A stretch of DNA of 15,599 nucleotides from Azolla caroliniana (Eukaryota > Plantae > Polypodiophyta), in assembly GCA_043228905.1 (NCBI GenBank), contig JBHGNT010000791.1, positions 1 through 15,599 of the forward strand. The letters run 5' to 3'. The stretch's first letter is position 1, and every line of letters starts with the position of its first letter. The notes under the pieces are model-generated. The model saw only the letters and a list, made by a program, of their open reading frames with translations, made no database searches and was not told where the DNA came from. Position numbers and translations under genes: made by a program. Positions 7,481 through 15,599 of the stretch are shown one piece after another.

Positions 7481-8974
7481 GTTTTATGAACTTCTATGCT
7501 ATATGTGGCACAAGAGTTGGCGTTGGAAAGGAAAACTCGGAAACATAATTAGAAAAGATGAAGAAATGTAACAAAAATAGTTCAATTAATATAAATTTTG
7601 TGATGAATTCATAATTACAAAAAATGACGATGTAGATGATTAAACTCAACAAACTAAAAATGGCAAAACAACAATTTGAAATAGCCAATCACATTCATGA
7701 TGTCGACAACATAAAGCTTTGTAAATATAACATCACCCAATATCAAATCATACACACATCACTTTTGAGGAAGCTACTCCAAAAATGTGAAGCTTGCTGG
7801 CATCACCACAAGAACAAATAATAATAATCGAGACAACGGAAGATGATGACAATAACAAGAACAATGTTAGTAATAATATGAGGAATGATTGTGACAACAA
7901 ACTAGGAGCTCCAATACCTCCATTAACTAGTGATGTTATCATACTTGCCCAACCAATACAAAGATCGTCATAGTCATGAATGCATTATATCCTAACCCAT
8001 CCATGCTAATCGAGCTTCCTTGGATGAACTCTATCTTTCTTCAACATTGATGGTTCCATAAGCACGAATAACCTTTCATAGAACTCTCCTTTGACATCAA
8101 TGAAGACCCAACCCAGAGAAAATGTTTCAATCTCCATAAATGTGCAACCACCAAGCCCTTGCCTTACCAAAAATGACTTTCAGATTATGGTTAGTTCTAG
8201 ATTTCCTATCCTTTAGTCATCTTTGAATGTAGAAGACTATAAAAGTGCAATGTTGATGTCACACACATGTGGTTCTTTAGGAACCTCAATCCAAATTTCA
8301 AGGTCACCATCCTAATCAAAGAAGCGTTTTCACAATCAATCAACATTTCCCACCAACAATGGGCCCCTCCATCTCCCAAAGCCTCTTATCTTCCTTCAAC
8401 AACAACATCCACGCCACGCAAATGTAAATGTGAAGGATGCAGAAAGCCAACTTTTTGTCTCTTCTTGCTTTTTAATGTTAGTTATCTAATCTATAGCTTC
8501 TCCATCTCTCACTTCTCTCATTGATTAATGCTAAGTGCTTAACTCTAAGCCTCAGAAAAATCTTGTATTTGCACCAATATTGATTAATGGTATGTGTCTG
8601 CCCATTTTCTAATTAGATTTACTTCTCCTTTTATATGTTTGGGAGTGTCATTTTAGTAGTTGGTTAAGTTTATGTGCTTCTAAATCAAGTTAATTTTGTA
8701 AGAGAGTGAGGTGAGGTTCACGTATATCATTAATGTAAGAGTGATTGATAGCCACTCTTGCTTGTGTCATCAACAATAGCTGAACATTTGTTTGGTCCCA
8801 CCAACTATAGAGTAGATGGTAGTCATGAGGCATGATTTCACTTGAGGTTAAGAATTATGCTTAGTCTAACACACCTAGGCGCACCACAAAGATGCATTAC
8901 TTTCTTCATGATGCCTCATATGAAACATCAACCAATGATTTTCGTTACAATGCCAATATATCATAACTTCAAAA

Positions 8975-9200
8975 TTATATTTGGTATTCGCTTATACTGA
9001 ATGCCCCACTTTCAACCACATTTGAGCTTGCTTTCCTCAAATTTTCAATCATGATCTATTCCTACACATTTTCTCTATATCACAATCGACACATTTTCTT
9101 GACTAAAATTCTTGAACTCCATGAAGTGCTTGAAAATGTTTCAATTTTGTCTCATAGGTCATATTTTACCTCTAAGGATGTTCATAAAAGCTGTCTATTT
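8975..9200 (-). mobile_element. Possible highly decayed Ty1/copia integrase fragment
   Basis: Minus frame reads KI*PMRQN*NIFKHFMEFKNFSQEN....KCVGIDHD*KF....KWGIQYKRIP. This resembles the copia integrase pattern (vYpmk.KseVf..FkeFk..ven..kiKclrsDnggEf....GI.h..t.pyt). Confidence 0.4.
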
Positions 9201-9281
9201 ATCTATCCATCTCACCATATGCTTTGAAAGAGATGCATACATTCTTTTGAGTGACCATGATAGGAAACTTCTAGGATGTCC

Positions 9282-9470
9282 ATGGGGATATATTACATTA
9301 TAGATTAAGGCTTCTTACATTGTAGTGACTTCTCTCGTCTTCTTGTGTTGTTCTTTTATGTAATTGTACCTTTTTATGGGGATATATAGATTACAACTTC
9401 TTACATTGTAGTTACTAGTGACTTAGTTCCTCGTATTGTATTGTTTTTTTCTGCAATGATAATTTTTTAT
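9282..9470. repeat. Degenerate ~94-bp tandem duplication
   Basis: atggggatatat at 9282 and 9376. Each copy is followed by tagatta..cttcttacattgtagt..agtgactt..ctcgt..ttgt.ttgtt and a T-rich tail. Confidence 0.7.
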
Positions 9471-12400
9471 TTGATACTTGTTGCACCTACAAAATATACT
9501 AATAATATTGGTGTTCTTTTATGTTGACCGTACATTGCCACAATTTACAAGCACATACATTCTTTAAAATACATTTGATATTTAATACTCTTTTTTATGA
9601 GATTTTGTTAATTGTCAATATTTAAGTTTTATTTTATTAAGTTGGATGTACATACCTTGTTTTAAGATAAAAAAACCTTTTTAATGTACTACATGTTGCA
9701 TAGTAAGTGGTACGATTAAACTGATTCCTAGTTGGGCAAATATTAAATTGCTTTCTATTTTCGTCACACATTCGCTTGATTAAAAATTTGTTTTACTAAC
9801 TTTTAGGGTGAGCGAACATTCGCTTTTGGTATTCGCATCGGTAAGAAACACTTTTGTGTGCAATATATATACATTTCAATTTTCATAAAGTGTAGAAGTC
9901 AAATGCAATGCTATGCTTCCAACTTTATTGGTAGACTCAATTAATGAAGTGTTAGTTGTGGAACTTGACAATTTTGCCCAAACACGTTGTTTACTTAGTT
10001 ATTGAACTTTATGAAATATGTATATTAAATGATGATTTGTTACAAAGGATGTCCAACATCAAGTATGATTTGCATCCTAGTTTTCTCTTAAATAGTATAA
10101 ATTAATTCGGTTGGAAACTGATCTTTGTATATAAGAATATCGTTCAAGCCTAATTATATTCTATTTGTTTATTAAGACACAAATCAATCTTAATATTCTA
10201 ATTATGCATTTATTCTATTCCAATTCATTGGATATTCCAACCAAACTATATAGTTTTGCTAGCATGAGGAGCTATTCCATTTATACTTTTCTTTCTTGTT
10301 CAACCCACCTCCTCTAGTTTTCTCCCATCAATGAAACATTTCCATATACACAAGGGGAGGATCTCACCCTTACTTAGGGGTTGAGTTGGACCTACTCATG
10401 GATGTACTTTGAGAGGGAAAAATATTGAGAGACAGAGACAAGTCATTAGTCATGCTTTTGAGATGTTGTGGTGAGAGACATTGTAGTCTGAATATCCAAC
10501 AAAATAACCTTTACTCCAGCTAGTATGTATTTGGCACATGTTATTTACATACTTAGATTACTGTTCATATTTTATGAACCGATGTTTTATGAGTACTATA
10601 AAACAAGATGTTACGTGTAATAAGTTGCACGATGCGTGAGGCGTTGCCTTAACAACAAAAATAAATCGCTTCATCCGATATGCATGAACTTCACTTTTTC
10701 GCAAAAGGAAGTATTGCAAACAATCATTGTCTCCTGCAAAGGCGATGCTGGCAAACAACATTAATGACCATTCCGATAAGACACAATTGATGGTATATAA
10801 CATCCTTATCTTTCTTTTCCTTTCTAAAGGAAACAACTCAACAACCATTCCTTTCTCTTCATGTGTATACCTTGATAGTTTACTATTTAAATGTAGTCTT
10901 TTCCAATAATTTCTTCCCTCTTTCTTGTCATTTGTTGCTTTGCTCCAGCCCCTATAGAATATTGCTACCTGTATGACTCAATCTACTTTGAGGGGCTAAA
11001 AGAAAATTCCAACAATGATTATACACAAAAATGAATAGGTGGATGATATAGAATCTTGAGTAGTTTTAGAATATGACGAAAATGTCAAAAATTCATGAGA
11101 TTCATGCTTGTCTTGAACCATGATGAATCTCAGCTACTGCTAATTTGTGGATTGGTCACCTCCTAGTGTCGTTTTAGATAGAGCTTGAAATGTCGTATTA
11201 CAATGGTTAGCTTTCTTGAGAAATTGATTTATTGCCACTCATTTAAAAAGTGATTTTGCTATCTCTTGTATACTATTACTACACCAAGTGTAGACGATGA
11301 TATATAGGTCACCATAAAACTATCTGGCAGCACTTGTCGGCGAATGAGCCTTTGAAAATCACTATAGCAAGATATAAACTTGGGTGGAGTTGTAGCCATT
11401 TGTCCAGCTCTCACATTGTCAAAAATGGTGTAAACATTACTAGAGATGTTCACGATACATACATACTCAATATATATATAATATTGGTGTGCGCGACAAT
11501 ATGCAAATGAAAAGAATAAGTGAACGCAAAAATTGAACTCATCACAAAAACATTGATGTATTTGATAGGTAACCTCATCATACTAAGAATTATCTTATGA
11601 GGCAACATAAAAATTAAAAGCAGATTCAAAAAGATTGTACCAAAACTTACAAACGACATAATGATTGTTGTAGTAAATACATATATATCTCTAGACAGTG
11701 CAAGGAGACTCTATTTGTGCTTTTGACCTGGTTGCTAGTTAAAGTACACAAATTGTTATGAATGTTTAGAAACCTATCGTACTGTGATAGGGTTGTACAA
11801 AGTGTGCTATATTTTCTAGTTGAATGATGCCTACATGAAATGATATATTCTTTTACTAAAGCACTCTGAGTCTTAGCCTTGATGTTCAGCAAATATATAT
11901 CTAAATTTCGTCCTCAAAATAAAAATGTCATTTCTAAGGTAGAATTAATCAAAGGTTAACCAACAACCATATTGTATTTTAAAAACAAGAAAATGTTAAT
12001 TTGTTGCACACACGAATGCCTAAACTTCCCGAGAAGAACTTGTAGCAACAGATTACAATAGTATAAAGGTGGTGTGATATTGACAACTTGCTTATGGTTT
12101 ATAATCTGAAGTTCAGTGGGGTCTCTCCCCTATGTTATTCTCTACTAGTGCCAATCCCAAATCCACTAAAACATCCCAAAAGAAATGCATCATATTACGT
12201 GTCATCTTAATTTTCTAAAGGCATGTTTGCCCTTTAGGTTGGGACAAACAAGATGGCTACTAGTGGGGGTGGTTATTGGTAAATGCCGATAATTGTTTGC
12301 CAATGGGAACATAGAAATCTATCAACCAAATTGCTTGTAGAATTGAAGTCATAAATTTGACAAAACCAAAGTTCGATCTTCACCATCAACTTAACGTCCT

Positions 12401-14883
12401 ACACATCACAAATTGGTATGTTTAAATGTGGTATAAACTAGATGAGGTGGGGGTATTGCTAATTATGTCAGTCCTTTAGAATGCATGAGCGCACAAAAAG
12501 ACATGCATATCCCTAAGCACTTATCCATAGTGTCAAGAGGTTTTTTCTACCCTTACTTTTTGTGGTACATTGTTCGAACTTCACCTCAATGGTTCTCAAC
12601 AAAGCAAATTGTTGTGGCTCACTCAAAGTGCATAGACCATACCATTAAATTTGGGTTTTAATTATATGCGATGTTTAGAGCATACCATTATACTTTTCAT
12701 CTAAATTTATGAGGTAAAGGCTTCCCAATGCTACTTTGGTTTTATAGAATGACAACTTTCATACCTATGAAGGCTACACAACTAGTAGTCTTACATCATG
12801 GGACAAAGAAAATCAAGTGTTAGCCTGATTTGAGGTATGCTAGGTTTGTGCAAAAGAGCTCATGTTAGAATAATGCGTTTTGATATGGCTTGTAAGACTT
12901 TGACACATCACCTTCTGCATTCAAGATCACATTGTAAAGCCTATTTTGTACCAACTATATTATCCTATTTTTGTGCTTATGTTAAAATCATACACCTTAG
13001 TAGGTCCTGTAAGCTTTGACACATTGGCATGATCATCACATTCAACTTTGATGGATTTTAATATTCAATGCTAGGAGGTGTAGGCTTCATGCATGTCCAT
13101 AAACCTATTAAAGCCAACATGTTAGGCATGTATTTAAACCTTTCCTTAAAGAAGACCCTCATTGTAATCATTATAACAACTAAGGTGTGAATATATTTTC
13201 TAATTTGATATATTCTTATTGATTGAATTTTGTTTCTAGTTTGATAAGAAAGTCATATGAAGTTAGATCACACTAGTTTATTTTCTTAATAAAACAAAGT
13301 ACACAAAAAGGGATCAAATATTGGGTTGATTATTAAAATGGTCTAATAAACAATCATGGTTCAACGCATTACAACCAAATTGTCATTCAAGCACACGCAT
13401 CATTGAAGGATTTCACATTTGATTGACCCAATATAATAAAGTTTGTCTTATTATACTTTGAGTGAAATTATGAAATTGTTTATGGGCCTTGAGCTTTTTT
13501 TATTTATGGTGTTCACATCTTTGGGCTAAATCCTATGAGTATTGCGGACAAAGGAAATAAATGGTTGTTACTGGATTCATAATTCCTTTCCTTAGATGTT
13601 AGCGATCTCCTTCAATGTATTATGGTGCACTTTATAACAAGCTTGCTTCTATCACATCTGCTTTGCCTACGAGTCTCAATTCTCCACCAAACATTAACCC
13701 AAATGTACACTCACTAGACTTTACATAACAAATAATAAGATTTTGAATATCCTAGGAAGGAATTTAAGATCACGTCATGTCATCCTTTGGTGCCAATAGT
13801 GGCCACCACATTTTTTATGTTATTTTCACATCAATTGGCTAATTCATTGTTATATAATATAGATACAAGGTAAAAAAATTTAGCTCATGCATAAAATGAT
13901 CTTGTCACAAAACACATCATAGTGTATACTATTAAATTCAGCTACTATTGTCAGTTAGTGATCATAGGTTACATGTATTTCATGGTGTAGTTCATATGTA
14001 TGGGTTTGCGTTCATACCTAAACTAGTGTGTAAGAATATATACATGCTAGATCTAGAAAGAAGCAACATATGCACCTAGACTTATCTTGTCACAAAGCAC
14101 GTTGTAGCATATACTATTGGATGAAGCCACTCCCATTGGTTATCATAATTGTTATGTTGAGGTGCAATTACGTGAATGCAGTTGCGTTCACCCCTCAAGA
14201 AGTATATAAGAACATATATAAATTCTAGACCTAGCCTAACACTGAACATTAAGAAAATATGCACATATTGAGATGGAATCTCAAACCTATGAAGTGTATA
14301 CTAAATGATGAAGGTTCAAAACTTAAAATATTGATATCAAATTCTGTAATCATACGGTCACATTGCAACAATGCAAATTAAATGGCCTTACATTTTCAAG
14401 GGAGCATTTGATGAAGTTGGAGGGAGGGATCTAGAGGTTTATAGCCAAAAGGTTGTAAACAAAATGAGCAAGATTCCATACTTTTAACATTTATGCAAAT
14501 GATGAAATTGGAAAACTACTTTGTAACGAATACACACCTTTCTTACCTTATTGTGACAAATGGAATGTCCGGACTCTCAACCAACCATTAGAATTTGCAC
14601 GTCAACTTCCAAGCTTAAAATATTCATAAACAAATGGTCGAAGCAATTACGGTACGTCAATACCACAAAGGATAACAAATTTGAATAAGGGAGCGTACGA
14701 AACCGTCTTCATTTTCTATGACAATGCAATGGAATGGAATGTTCGTTCACTACACACATTGTATACCAAGTGATCGAGCATCCAAACTTAAGCAAATTTA
14801 CTATATACAAAATTTGATTTTGTACTTACAAATATTACATTGCAATGAAGCAATTCAAGTGGGGTAGTAAAATTAAGGTGGTT

Positions 14884-15599
14884 TCATCTTATCTTGAGGA
14901 TAATGTCTATCCAAACATCACTGAAGGCATTCCTGATAATCTCATGGAGGTCTTGTGGATTAAGTTTAAGATAGTGGTAAAGAAGGTCCTCCATATCTTC
15001 GGCTTCATCCATACCTTTGTGCATGATCATCTCATGCATTGATTCTCGAAAATCATGGTATGGGTTGAGCGAGTCTTTCTCGACACGAAGAATGCTCTTA
15101 GAAGTATGATGGTTGAGTGAACTAACACTAGGGATATTGTTACCCCTCATTTTCTCATGGATATTATGAGTAGTAGTAGCCAATGCTTTTACATTGTCAT
15201 TCCACACTCCATTATGAGTCGAGGTTGAATGATGTGACCCATGATTAGTGTCTCCATTATTAGATTGCCAAAGAGATGATCGATCAACATCTATTGACAA
15301 TGCCGATGATAACGAGGATAAGCATCGATGATTCGAAGATGATGACAATAATCCTATATTGTATCGATGATTCGACAATGATAATAATCCGTTACTTGAG
15401 GATGATAATGCACCATGATTAGGAGATGAGAATATTGCATCATGATTAGGAGGTGAGAATATTCCATGATGATTAGGGGCATTATTAGAGGATGTTAGTC
15501 CATGGTTAGGAGTATTATGATTAGTGGGTGATATTAATCCGCAGTTAGGATTATGCTTAGAGGAAGATAATCGATGATTAGGGGTATGATTAGAGGATG
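14884..15599 (-). CDS. OFP: OVATE family protein (OFP), 3' part; start codon is beyond the window end
   Basis: The C-terminal VEKDSLNPYHDFRESMHEMIMHKGMDEAEDMEDLLYHYLKLNPQDLHEIIRNAFSDVW matches the OVATE (DUF623) consensus (K.S.dP..DFR.SM.EMi....leeLL..yL.LN....H..I..AF.dvw), ~14899-15090. The frame is open from 15597 to TGA 14884, so the track start at 15378 is an internal TTG. Confidence 0.93.
   Translation of the reverse strand, partial: SSNHTPNHRLSSSKHNPNCGLISPTNHNTPNHGLTSSNNAPNHHGIFSPPNHDAIFSSPNHGALSSSSNGLLSLSNHRYNIGLLSSSSNHRCLSSLSSALSIDVDRSSLWQSNNGDTNHGSHHSTSTHNGVWNDNVKALATTTHNIHEKMRGNNIPSVSSLNHHTSKSILRVEKDSLNPYHDFRESMHEMIMHKGMDEAEDMEDLLYHYLKLNPQDLHEIIRNAFSDVWIDIILKIR
15397..15477 (-). 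repeat. 27-bp (9-aa) coding tandem repeat x3 in OFP
   Basis: cctaatcatcatggaatattctcacct / cctaatcatgatgcaatattctcatct / cctaatcatggtgcattatcatcctca = PNHHGIFSP, PNHDAIFSS, PNHGALSSS. Confidence 0.8.

Noticed and set aside
13540-13700. KERNYES motif on the minus strand resembling RNase H ERNY
   Set aside because: Flanking catalytic motifs are absent, so the match is too short to support.
10558-14264. Short ORFs (60-96 aa) in the AT-rich intergenic region
   Set aside because: No recognisable domains or exon structure, and lengths are compatible with chance.
14845-15042. Plus-strand 65-aa ORF
   Set aside because: Antisense shadow of the OVATE domain.

Overview
Eukaryotic, non-seed-plant-like DNA. 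It is probably a moss such as Physcomitrium, inferred from the retroelement types, the AT-rich CpG-poor flanks and an OVATE gene. Bases 1-~5680 are the 5' part of a young, GC-rich Ty3/Gypsy LTR retrotransposon on the minus strand: 5' LTR ~4831-5680, Gag+protease ORF 4753-2714, and RT-RNaseH-integrase in the -1 frame from 2717, running off the window at base 1. Pol carries two in-frame TGA stops, probably CGA>TGA. The most notable feature is the ORF1/ORF2 junction. It has a G-GAU-UUU slippery heptamer directly before the ORF1 stop, a 5-nt spacer and a predicted H-type pseudoknot, i.e. a candidate complete -1 programmed ribosomal frameshift cassette placed after the protease. Bases ~5700-14880 are AT-rich intergenic DNA with an old, internally deleted chromovirus remnant (integrase + chromodomain, ~6440-7480, minus) and a weak copia-like integrase trace. 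The window ends in the 3' part of an OVATE family protein gene (minus, stop at 14884, start outside the window) with an Asn/His/Ser-rich repeat region.
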